32,577 nt of DNA. It comes from Octopus bimaculoides (taxonomy: Eukaryota). How positions within the stretch are numbered: the stretch's first letter is position 1; each line of letters starts with the position of its first letter. The stretch covers positions 21,168,031 through 21,200,607 of the forward strand of contig NC_068999.1 in NCBI RefSeq assembly GCF_001194135.2, written 5' to 3'. Shown piece after piece: positions 22,360-32,577 of the stretch. Made by a program: the position numbers and the translations under genes. The notes below the pieces were generated by a model, which did not search any database, was not told the origin of the DNA, and worked only from the letters and a program-made list of their open reading frames with translations.

Positions 22360-22615
22360 ATCTAACTTGTGTTGGTGTTCCAATGGCACATTGATAAAAT
22401 GGAAAGATTACAAATTGCGGTAGCAGTTGCTTTGCGCATTTCTCAATGTGTTCACGAAAGGGTATCATTCTGTATTCTGGGAATGCAATCTGCTGTCCCT
22501 GCAGACTGCATCTCCGTCTGATCGATAATCCTGTGGACCCTATGTAGTTTTGGTGGCAGCCCGAGCATCTTATAACATGAATCAGGTTTTCTGAGGCACA
22601 AGTAAAGTTAGATTT
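22360..22615 (-). pseudogene. PLE GIY-YIG endonuclease domain
   Basis: KSNFTCASENLIHVIRCSGCHQNYIGSTGLSIRRR...EHIEKCAK...IFPFYQC; YIG at 22538-22546. Confidence 0.88.
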
Positions 22616-22991
22616 GATTTTGAATTTTTGTCCCTCTTTGAAAAGGAATTCTGATCCTTCTTGAAGGTTTGGTCATGATGCACAATTTGGTCGACCAAAT
22701 TTTTTTCACTTTTGCGTCCGTTAATTTAGAAAATAATTTTGCCTTTATGAGGATCTTTTTTAGTGATTTCGGTTGTTTGTGGCTTTTAATGATCTTATGT
22801 GTGTGTAAAATTTCCTTTAATTTGGGGTCCTTATTTAGCATCGGTAAATTTTGGGTAATGTTTCTGGGGTTGTATGTGGTAATATTTTCGGGGAAGGTGT
22901 GTTGCTGTGTTGAACTTTTCTTAAGGTTTCTATGTCAATTTGTGTTGCACGTCTGATTCCATCCTCTATGAGTTGAACTGGGTAATGTCTG

Positions 22992-23669
22992 TCAATGAGA
23001 GTGTTTAGAGTTCTTGCAGTCTAAAGTCTCTGGTATTTTTTCTGACACTATTGTGCATATCCTTCTTGCAAGGTTGAAGGGGAGGTTTCTTTTGGTGTGT
23101 CTTGGGTGGCATGAATTAAATAGCAGATATCGTTTGGCGTCTGTGGCTTTGTAAAATATGTCTGTTTCTATTTTTAGGTTTATTTTTTTAATTAGTATAT
23201 CCAAGAATGGGAGCTCCTTTTGGTTGTATTCCATTGTGAACTGTATGTTTGGGTTGACGCTGTTCAATAGTCTTTTGAATTTCAGGAGTTTGTCTGTGTT
23301 TTCATTCCAGAGGATAAAACAGTCATCTAGGAATATTTTCGAATTTTCTTTTATGTATTGGGAAAGAGGGTTTCCAAAGGTAGATAAAGCTTTCTGGTAT
23401 ATTATTATTTCCAAATAACCCATTGTTACGTTCGCAATGACCGGGGCCGCCCTAGTGCCCATGGCAATTCCGGGTTTTTGTCGATAAAACATGTTGTCAA
23501 ACGTGAAGTGGTTGTTTCGTACGATGAATTCAACTGATTCAATTATGAATTCTTTGTTGATCTTTTCCGGAATTTCTTCCGGATATTGGTCCAGCCAGAA
23601 CTGAATTGACTCTAGCCCATAATTATGAGGTATACTGGTATATAAATTAATCACATCAAATGAAACCAT
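22992..23669 (-). pseudogene. PLE reverse transcriptase core (largest open segment, 225 aa)
   Basis: Track ORF carries RT motifs 3-7 and the PLE-specific TD.FYK.T...YL.F.SCHP; the flanking parts are in other frames. Confidence 0.92.
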
Positions 23670-24123
23670 GATTGTTTCTTCTTTGGCTTTGTTGGGAGAT
23701 GATTTAGCATATCCAAATCATCTCTGATATAGTTATTGATGTGTTTAAGAAAGGGTTTCAGGAGGATGTCCATAAATAGACTTAGTCTGTGTGTTTCACA
23801 GGCTGGACCAGCAATAATGGGTCGTAATTTTAGGTCCCCTGGGTTAGGTGTATGTATGTACGTCTTTGGTGATTGTTTTTATGGTTTCATTTATAATCTG
23901 GCTTTTGTGGATTTTTGGTAGACCGTAGAAAAAGCTAGATTTGCATTTAAACTTTGTTAAATAGTCAATTTCTTTGGTTGTCAGTTCTTTTCCATGGGTT
24001 TTAATTAGAGAGGACAGGGTTTTCATTATTTATTACGGGTTGTATTTTGTTGACTATCATTCAGCATGGATATTACTAAGTTTCTATAGCATAATGTGTC
24101 CACTGCACTTTCTTTATCTACTT

Positions 24124-24448
24124 CCAGAATACAGAATGATACCCTTTCGTGAACACATTGAGACATGCACAAAACAACTGCTACCACAATTTGTAATCTT
24201 TCCATTTTATCAATGTGCCATTGGAACACCAACACAAGTTAGATTATATAAGGAAACCTACTTCATTGAAAAATATAAGCCAAAACTTAACCATTTCTAG
24301 CATTTATAAATAAGGAAACTTACCTCAATGAAAAAAAATATAGAGCAAAACTTAACCACCTCTAACATTCTATTCTTTCTAAACCAAATCAGGTTAAATT
24401 AATAAAGCCTAGTCATTCCCAACATTTTTTATTATCTCCCTTATACCG
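24124..24448 (+). repeat. inverted copy of the PLE 3' end (pseudo-LTR)
   Basis: Reverse complement of 22171-22480. It keeps ...QVRLYKETYFIEKYKPKLNHF*, which the left copy has lost through a 14-bp deletion. Confidence 0.93.
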
Positions 24449-27197
24449 AAAAAATCCTTGATTACTTTCTCCTGTCTAGAACTCTCATACTTCAAATCAT
24501 AGTGAAAGGATGACACAATTTCGGTAAAGAAATTTGAGAAATTTGAAAAGAAAATACGAAACCGGTTATTTCTCCAAAAACAATGTTAGTATACACAAAA
24601 TGTTATAACATTTTTCTAACATAGCGATTTAAATAAACTCTTTNNNNNNNNNNNNNNNNNNNNNNNNNNNNNNNNNNNNNNNNNNNNNNNNNNNNNNNNN
24701 NNNNNNNNNNNNNNNNNNNNNNNNNNNNNNNNNNNNNNNNNNNNNNNNNNNNNNNNNNNNNNNNNNNNNNNNNNNNNNNNNNNNNNNNNNNNNNNNNNNN
24801 NNNNNNNNNNNNNNNNNNNNNNNNNNNNNNNNNNNNNNNNNNNNNNNNNNNNNNNNNNNNNNNNNNNNNNNNNNNNNNNNNNNNNNNNNNNNNNNNNNNN
24901 NNNNNNNNNNNNNNNNNNNNNNNNNNNNNNNNNNNNNNNNNNNNNNNNNNNNNNNNNNNNNNNNNNNNNNNNNNNNNNNNNNNNNNNNNNNNNNNNNNNN
25001 NNNNNNNNNNNNNNNNNNNNNNNNNNNNNNNNNNNNNNNNNNNNNNNNNNNNNNNNNNNNNNNNNNNNNNNNNNNNNNNNNNNNNNNNNNNNNNNNNNNN
25101 NNNNNNNNNNNNNNNNNNNNNNNNNNNNNNNNNNNNNNNNNNNNNNNNNNNNNNNNNNNNNNNNNNNNNNNNNNNNNNNNNNNNNNNNNNNNNNNNNNNN
25201 NNNNNNNNNNNNNNNNNNNNNNNNNNNNNNNNNNNNNNNNNNNNNNNNNNNNNNNNNNNNNNNNNNNNNTCTTCCTTAATTTTTTAAAAATTAAGATAAC
25301 CAACGTTCTTTTTTAATCTAAAATATACTCTCAATATATCAGGCAGAGTTGTATGGCCCCTTTTCCAAAATCCACTTGTCCGTGACGAAGAATACTCCTC
25401 CAGTTCTGTTCTAGCCTCGTCTACAGATGCAGGTAGGTATCCGGTCCCACACCGACTTTTAGTTCATGCAATTGAAAAAACTGCATTATTTATAGGATGA
25501 CCCAACACGTGTGTGTGTGTTTGTATATAGGTGTATGTCTACGATAGCTTACGTAAGAGAGAATATATAATGGTATGCATAGCTGGATTTGTGCATGTAT
25601 AATTTGTGTATTTATGCATGAGCGTGAATTTATATACTCCTCGGTGAGTATTTTATGAATGACAAATATTAACAAATGCATATGAAGAACCTGTTTTTAG
25701 ATAAATCACATTAGTAACGACTGGGTTCATTTGTTTGTATGATTGTATATGTTTATATGTATGTGTATATGTGTGTATGTCTCATGTGTGTGAGTGTATG
25801 CATACAAAAATACGCATGGGTATATATATATATATATATATNNNNNNNNNNNNNNNNNNNNNNNNNNNNNNNNNNNNNNNNNNNNNNNNNNNNNNNNNNN
25901 NNNNNNNNNNNNNNNNNNNNNNNNNNNNNNNNNNNNNNNNNNNNNNNNNNNNNNNNNNNNNNNNNNNNNNNNNNNNNNNNNNNNNNNNNNNNNNNNNNNN
26001 NNNNNNNNNNNNNNNNNNNNNNNNNNNNNNNNNNNNNNNNNNNNNNNNNNNNNNNNNNNNNNNNNNNNNNNNNNNNNNNNNNNNNNNNNNNNNNNNNNNN
26101 NNNNNNNNNNNNNNNNNNNNNNNNNNNNNNNNNNNNNNNNNNNNNNNNNNNNNNNNNNNNNNNNNNNNNNNNNNNNNNNNNNNNNNNNNNNNNNNNNNNN
26201 NNNNNNNNNNNNNNNNNNNNNNNNNNNNNNNNNNNNNNNNNNNNNNNNNNNNNNNNNNNNNNNNNNNNNNNNNNNNNNNNNNNNNNNNNNNNNNNNNNNN
26301 NNNNNNNNNNNNNNNNNNNNNNNNNNNNNNNNNNNNNNNNNNNNNNNNNNNNNNNNNNNNNNNNNNNNNNNNNNNNNNNNNNNNNNNNNNNNNNNNNNNN
26401 NNNNNNNNNNNNNNNNNNNNNNNNNNNNNNNNNNNNNNNNNNNTGTCTGTCTGTATACGTATGTCAAACATGATGACATCAGCATAGCAGATTTCAGTAG
26501 TAAAAAAAGACGCCTCATACGAGGCCCTAACTACCTTCCACAATGAATGGGTAGTTCACCAAAAGGTTGTACACGCTGGTCTTCTTTTGTGTCCAAAGTG
26601 AAGAAAGAACTGGGGATCTCTGACGTGGAGCATGTCATTTGTAGCCCAATGAAAGAAAAATTCTCAACATAAGATGTCACAGCTGGTGAGTTTGACCAAT
26701 ACAGGTTGGAATACACACAAAAACGGTCCGCACAGGTTATAGCCATTGATTCGCAGTACGTTATGTGTACAAAGATATCTCGAGAAAGTCATACGTGATA
26801 AGAATGTAGTGATCACCAACACCATGTGAACAATCGCTTGTGATGTGTCTGGAGTCGATATAGAGGAGATTAGCTATAGGTTTCACAATACATAAGACTC
26901 ATGGACGACTGCTTTTCCAGGCGTGCTGAGTTGCATAACCTAAGATCGCCTGATCCTGGGATACATAGGCTTCTGTAGCGTCAGCTTGATGGCATCAAGC
27001 TTAACAACTCAGAAATAGGTGCGACCAATCCCCTAAGCTAGGACCAGAACAATAGTTGAAATAATTCACTTCGGTACCGCAAGATTCTGCAATCCCTTTA
27101 GTTCGTGACATCAAAGGTAATTGTCTTTCTATCGTAGAGTTGTGTCAACTCAAGCCTTCTGGGTGAAACAGGGGAGAGGGAAACAATTGAACTCAGA

Positions 27198-27356
27198 GAT
27201 CTAGTCTCGTCACTCTGTGTATCACACTGAAATCCCCTTAAAGATGTGTTAACACTAAAAGTCTGTGAAATATTGATCCACTTCACAAGAATTCAATGCA
27301 AAGATTTGCTATCCAGTTGATCGAACAGCTACAATGCTCCTAGTCAGAACCAACAG
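27198..27356 (+). mobile_element. diverged homolog of SINE tail T1
   Basis: GTCACTCTGTGTATCACACTGAA...GTCTGTG...CCACTT...TTGATCG is collinear with 5309-5449 and 29583-29722 (roughly 60-65% by eye). Confidence 0.55.
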
Positions 27357-27364
27357 GAATTCTT

Positions 27365-27817
27365 TCATATATATATATATATATATATATAATATGCGTG
27401 TGTGTGTATGTAAATATATATATATATATATATATATATACTTAATGAAAATTTCAGTGTATTAAATCATTTTTTTTTTAGTTCGCTACCTTATGAAGGA
27501 ATTTGCACTTCGTCAATCCTCGGAATGCCGGAATTGGACTTTATAAATGACAAATATCCATGAATATATGAAATTTAATTTCCTATGGGATATAAGTACA
27601 TTTATATTGAATGACTATTCTGAAATTCACAGCAGCTTCCAGAATGTTTGGAACTGTTTCCATTGTAAGAAATGTTATTGAATTTAGAAGACAACAAACA
27701 ATGCACAAAGACAATTTCTTTCACATCTTTTGTAAACATATTTAACAGAGCACACACCTAAGACACACGCACGCACGCTCGCCGACATCTACACGCATAT
27801 CTATATTTATCTATCGA

Positions 27818-27857
<40 letters not shown>

Positions 27858-27920
27858 GAGAGAAAGAGAGAGAGAAAGAGAGAAAGAGAGAAAGAGAGAA
27901 AGAGAGAAATAGAGGAGGGA
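27365..27920. repeat. (TA)n tracts and a (GAGAAA)n hexamer repeat at ~27860-27910
   Basis: Directly visible; unique sequence at ~27440-27790 lies between the tracts. Confidence 0.85.
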
Positions 27921-28254
27921 GATATAAAGAGAATGACATAGAAATTGTATTTATGTGGCGGTACAGAATCACAAAATGCTCAACGTAACTTTCTATAGGA
28001 ATTTTATAGACTATTATATGTTTTAATTTATGTGAGAGAGATAAAGATTACATCATCTATAGTGTGTACGCTTGCACGATCGAACGAGACTGTTGCCCAC
28101 CTAGTATGATTCAATATGCCAGTTATCCCACTTGTACATATGAATAAATACACACATATACACACACATGCACACACACAGCCTATCTCATATATATATA
28201 TATATATCTTTGTAGAGTACAAATTTATTATTCTTTAACAACATTACTATTGAC

Positions 28255-28292
28255 AGCGACTTCAAAGTTTCGGCCACCGAAGCCATCATCGG
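28255..28292 (-). ncRNA. degenerate minimal hammerhead-ribozyme-like motif (PLE type)
   Basis: Minus strand CCGAUGA-U-GGCU ucggu GGCC-GAAA-CUU UG AAG-UC. One change in the CUGAUGA box (U4>C), 4-bp stem II, intact GAAA, self-complementary stem III, GUC triplet; stem I does not pair. Confidence 0.5.
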
Positions 28293-28299
28293 ATTTAAA

Positions 28300-29280
28300 T
28301 GCATTAAGTTAATCTTGGCTTTATATAGTATTTGTTGAGATAAAAATTTTCTGGGTTTGTGAGGTTCAGTTGAATGGTAATCAGATTGTGATGGAGAGGT
28401 GTGTGTGGAGAATTTTTTTATTGATTAAATTTGGCGTTATGTTTTTGTTCAAAATTCATTCATGCGTGTAGTACTTCGTAAAGAGATGTGTATATTTAGG
28501 TATGACAACTTTAGGTCATAGGTTGCTTTTTAGTGGTTAACAAAAAGGAAGTAGGGAAGTAGAAGCTCTATAGCGGGCTGGCAGAAACGTTAGTACGCCG
28601 GGCGAAATGCTTAGCGGTATTTCGTCTGCCGCTACATTCTGAGTTCAAATTCCGCCGCGGTCCACTTTAACTTTTATCCTTTCGGGGTCGTTTAAATAAA
28701 TACCAGTTAAGCACTGGGATCGATATAATCGACTTGATCAGTTTGTCTGTCCTTGTTTGTCACCTCTGTGTGTAACCCCTAGTGGGCAGTAAAGAAATAA
28801 GAAGTTCTATGGTCAGCAGATGTGTAATTAGTTTTAGCTATTTTTGGTTTTATTAGATTGAAGCCTTTGCGTTGGCAATATAAATTTCAAAGTTTAAAGT
28901 TTAGTCCAATATTTAAACACTTAGTAGTTGGATGTATCAGCTTTCTTTGTAGTGAAATTTTTAAGGGTTCACAAAAGAATGTAAGTGGGTGGTATGTTTT
29001 AATTGGTCAGTTAGTTTCTTTACTTGCAGTTGAGGTTATATAGAGTATTTCCTGTTTGTATTTCGAAGGTGAAAGTTATTAGTCGAGCGTGTCATGATGT
29101 TTTTAATAGAGAAATTTTGTATTTTGTGCTTTGAGGTTCACAAGAGGATGTGAGTTGGTGAAAAAGTTGTTGGTCAGTTTATTTCCCTCTATAAGCAATT
29201 CATTAATATGCAGAAATTTTAACCTCTGTGTTTTAGGGAGGCAGTGTTTGTAGGCTATGTCTATAAATGTATGTGAATTA
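28300..29280 (-). mobile_element. possible second, heavily decayed Penelope-like relic, interrupted by a SINE
   Basis: Weak minus-strand matches TFIDIAYKHCLPKTQRL (cf. FL..IDKHFP..H.L), TYILL*T (cf. YIG.TE) and MNFEQKHNAKFNQ*KIL (cf. M.N...I..HN.KIL); ends at the hammerhead-like motif. Motif order is not fully collinear. Confidence 0.3.
28572..28799 (+). mobile_element. tRNA-derived SINE 'family C' with a Deu/Nin-like central block
   Basis: A-box-like TGGCAGAAACG, B box GAGTTCAAATTCC, central TTTTATCCTTTCGGGGTCGTTTAAATAAATACCAG. TSD AGAAGCTCTAT (28561-28571) / AGAAGTTCTAT (28800-28810), 10/11. Confidence 0.9.
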
Positions 29281-29289
29281 CTATATAAA

Positions 29290-29293
29290 TATG

Positions 29294-29381
<88 letters not shown>

Positions 29382-29406
29382 TGTGTGTATATATATATGC
29401 ATATAT
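29290..29406. repeat. (TA)n-(GATA)n-(GA)n compound microsatellite
   Basis: Directly visible. Confidence 0.95.
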
Positions 29407-29740
29407 GGAGGCACAATGGCCCAGTGGTTAGGGCAGCGGACACGCGGTCATAGGATCGGGGTTTCGATTCCCAGACCGGGCGTTGTGAGTGTTTATTGAG
29501 CGAAAACACGTAAAGCTCCATGACTCCACGATCCTTTCACCACAACTTTCTTTCACTCTTACTCCTGTTTCTGTTGTGCTTTGTCACACTCTGTGTCACG
29601 CCGAATATCCCCGAGAACTACGTTAAGGGTACACGTGTGTGTGGAGTGCTCAGCACTTGCACGTTAGTTTCACGAGCAGGCTGTTCCGTTGATCGATCAA
29701 CTGGAACCCTTGACGTCGTAAGCGACGGAGTGCCAACAAC
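29407..29740 (+). mobile_element. tRNA-derived SINE (head H2 + tail T1)
   Basis: A box TGGCCCAGTGG, B-box-like GGTTTCGATTCC. The body after the head is unlike 5138-5300, but 29581-29722 is near-identical to 5307-5449; ends in (CAA)n next to a gap. Confidence 0.88.
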
Positions 29741-29863
29741 ATACANNNNNNNNNNNNNNNNNNNNNNNNNNNNNNNNNNNNNNNNNNNNNNNNNNNNNNN
29801 NNNNNNNNNNNNNNNNNNNNNNNNNNNNNNNNNNNNNNNNNNNNNNNNNNNNNNNNNNNNNNN

Positions 29864-29884
29864 TATATATATATATGTGTGTGT

Positions 29885-29929
<45 letters not shown>

Positions 29930-30468
29930 CATATATATATATACACACACACACATGTAACTGTGTATGTATACATATTAGGTGTGTGTGCCCGCGCGAT
30001 TTATAAAGGGTTTGTTTATAAGGGGTCTCTATTTGGACATTTTAAATACTTACTCGGTGGCAGATGAAATCCCAACGCTTAAACTACTGCGGTTGGCTCC
30101 TCTTTTGCGCTGCTCCAACATTATGTATACAGACAAGTTGTTTACGCATTTCTATACCTACACAGTTGACTAAAACGTGTATATTAATCGTACGGGCACA
30201 CACATTAAGATATTTTTGTGTGTACGTTTGTGTGAGTATGTGTATGTGCGCCTGTTTATATATAGATACACACACACACACATTACACACACACACACAT
30301 ATATATATATGTGTGTGTGTGTGTGTGTTTGTATGTGTGTGTGTGTGTGTGTGTGTAAATATATATGAGCACGTATATGTAAGCACAGACAAAAGCGAAT
30401 ACACAATCATATACATACACGTAGACATATGTATGTGTATATGTATATATATATATATATATGTGTGC

Positions 30469-30500
<32 letters not shown>

Positions 30501-30574
30501 ATATACGTTTATATATGTCTATGTGTATACACACATACACATATACACACTCACACACACACACGCACACACAC

Positions 30575-30622
<48 letters not shown>

Positions 30623-30690
30623 CCGTGTACATATGTATGTATGCATGTACCAATACAAACACACACGAACATATGTGTGTGTATATTTAT
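29864..30690. repeat. compound TA/TG/CA microsatellite field
   Basis: Directly visible; a short unique stretch at ~29980-30180. Confidence 0.9.
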
Positions 30691-31377
30691 GATTTTGGTG
30701 ATGGTTTCTCGTATGCGTTGAAATTAATTTCCTTATTTTGTGTTATCGTATTTTATATTTTATATTTTATATTTTATATTATTATATTTATATTTGAATT
30801 CTCGGTAATTTTATTCTAGTTTGTTCCTCAACTAAATGATTATTATAATAAAAGAAAATCACAGGATGTAGCCATGTTAATAACAGCAAGCTTTCGAGAC
30901 ACAAGTAGCACTGATAACGAACAATTAGCAAATCACTAGCAAACAAAATTACTGCCTGTCAGTGAAGGACGAACACTGAACTAGACTCAAATCAGTAATG
31001 ATGTTAGTGGTGTGTACGTATGTAGTTATAGAGTTTTATATTGGTATGGCAGTGTCAACTATACAAAACTTCCAATTAAATGTACATGTTGCTGCAATTC
31101 TTAACAATACTGTTATGCAGTGAAAGGCGACATAGTTGATAGTCTTGTTAGAACGAACACACAATTAGATGATTTATACAGAATCAACAAGACGACAGAG
31201 AAGTCTCTATATGGGAACCCAACGTCATAGATATATCTGAGAAGCGATTTCATAATGGGAAATGGTAGATATTCGTGGTACGTTCACTAAACACGGTAAA
31301 TATCCATCACAATAATACTGTTCTTGCAGTATCACGATATAAACTGCTTTTAATTTGTTGTCAAGTCATATAGTGAT

Positions 31378-31380
31378 ATT

Positions 31381-31427
<47 letters not shown>

Positions 31428-31431
31428 GTAC

Positions 31432-31498
<67 letters not shown>

Positions 31499-31576
31499 CA
31501 TACATATAGACATGTGTGTTGGTGAACGTATGAAAGTATATATATATATATGTGTGTGTGTATGCGTGTATGCGTG

Positions 31577-31615
<39 letters not shown>

Positions 31616-31629
31616 ATGTATGTATGTAT
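31378..31629. repeat. compound TG/TA/(TATG)n microsatellite
   Basis: Directly visible. Confidence 0.95.
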
Positions 31630-31673
31630 GGCGCTTCAGCATAGCCTGAGTCTAATGAGTGAAACAAGTAAAG
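31630..31673 (+). mobile_element. extreme 3' fragment of SINE 'family A'
   Basis: GGCGCTTCAGCATAGCCTGAGTCTAATGAGTGAAACAAGTAAAG vs GGTGCTCCAGCATGGCCGCAGTCAAATGACTGAAACAAGTAAAAG (166-210). Confidence 0.7.
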
Positions 31674-32474
31674 TGTATATGTACTCATGTTATTATTCCG
31701 GTTTAGTGCAAGATTTCTTGCCAGTAGAGAAATTGCCCGTTTCTAACCTAGATTCATTGGAAATTCAACAACATCGACAGGGTATTTTGGCATGTATGTA
31801 TATACGCAGATTCGTATGCTTTGTTTACGTATGTATTCTCATATAGTTGCATATCTAGATATTACCAGATATACTAAAATGATAAACTTCTGGAAAGTTT
31901 AACAGATTTTTACAGTTCTGCTGATGGCTCGTATCTCTAGTCTTCGAATCAAGATGTATGTATGTATGTATGTATAGATTATACCAGGTTGATGTGTTTA
32001 AATAGAAATAACCTAAAATGTGTTATGTTTAATTGTAAGAAAGAATGTCTGACAAATTTGTAGCTTCCGTAAGTTATCACATCCTATTAAGACAACTACC
32101 ATACACCACTGCCTTCAAATCACATCCTGCGATCTCAAAATACAAAGTGCAAGAGAAACATTCTGTAAGGTAGTTGTAGATAAACTAGGTCTGAAAGAAA
32201 ACGAATTCATTATATCTGAAATGTCTTTGGTTAAAGGAGTCTACAACCAAAGATTAAATACAAAAACGTCGAGCATTTGTTATTTCTTGTTATATATTAA
32301 GCCAAAGTCCTTGGAGATGTGGAATAAGGATGAATGCAAAGAAAATGGCTGATATCTTACGGAATTCCAGCGTCTACATTATAAATTTATAGTTTTTCAT
32401 TTTACTGGTACTTACATTATTAATACTATAAGTGGATTTGCATTTAAAACACTTAGCCCAGAATAATCGGATAT

Positions 32475-32577
32475 ATTGATTTCAAATTTTTGCACAAGGT
32501 CAGCAATTTCAGGGGAGGGGTAAGTCTATTACGTTGACACACCCCTCCCCAGCGTTCAACTGGTACTTATTTCAACG
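32475..32577 (-). mobile_element. 3' part of a SINE sharing the family-C central block but with a different tail; runs off the window
   Basis: Minus strand AAATAAGTACCAGTTGAACGCTGGGG matches AAATAAATACCAGTTAAGCACTGGG (28694-28718), then diverges to CCCCTCCCCTGAAATTGCTGACCTTGTGCAAAAATTTGAAATCAAT. Confidence 0.7.

Larger units (their letters stand above)
22171..24120 (-). mobile_element. Penelope-like retroelement (PLE), 5'-truncated, RT + GIY-YIG, frameshifted
   Basis: VDKESAV...YRNLVISMLND; FYGLPKIHKS; SFDVINLYTSIP; GIAMGTRAAPVIAN; IFLDDCF; ELPFLDI; TDIFYKATD...YLLFNSCHPRHTK; PKLKEIL; followed by a GIY-YIG domain. Confidence 0.95.
9768..29863. other. assembly gaps (N): 9768-9933, 12013-12196, 13530-13783, 19390-19769, 21456-21499, 24644-25270, 25842-26443, 29746-29863
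   Basis: Runs of N; several abut simple repeats. The span only brackets the list. Confidence 0.99.

Noticed and set aside
27481-27665. Several mini-exon readings (RYLMKEFALRQSSECRNWTL*, QLPECLELFP, minus-strand PIPAFRGLTKCKFLHK)
   Set aside because: Mutually incompatible short candidates; none is better supported than chance.
4167-29480. tRNA-like A/B-box segments at 4167, 5138, 5689, 12634, 28572 and 29407 as tRNA genes
   Set aside because: No complete cloverleaf or acceptor stem; each continues into SINE body and tail, several with TSDs.
31128-31230. + frame VKGDIVDSLVRTNTQLDDLYRINKTTEKSLYGNPTS* as a terminal exon
   Set aside because: Acceptor is weak and no homology or upstream exon can be linked.

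Overview
AT-rich eukaryotic, largely non-coding DNA with many microsatellites and eight assembly gaps. The tRNA-derived SINE families and a DD37D-type mariner resemble, from memory, repeats of octopus (cephalopod) genomes, so the host assignment is an inference. Nearly every ORF in the supplied track is a microsatellite or N-gap artefact. I found no intact protein-coding gene, tRNA/rRNA gene, CRISPR array or prokaryote-type system. The window is a layered set of mobile elements. (1) About ten SINE copies that exchange heads, central domains and tails; three have clear TSDs. (2) A Penelope-like retroelement (RT + GIY-YIG, frameshifted) flanked by ~310-325 bp inverted repeats. (3) A second, decayed Penelope-like relic ending in a minimal hammerhead-ribozyme-like motif. 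(4) A ~1 kb internally deleted Gypsy LTR element with a tRNA-Ser(GCU) PBS. (5) A 728-bp TIR element with an 8-bp TSD and a telomere-repeat palindrome inside. (6) Two Tc1/mariner derivatives and two hairpin MITEs. (7) Several decayed LINE fragments. A few isolated host-exon candidates exist but do not form a gene model. The items most worth checking are TE-biology observations; I cannot support a claim of a new cellular system. All alignments were done by eye, so percent identities are approximate.
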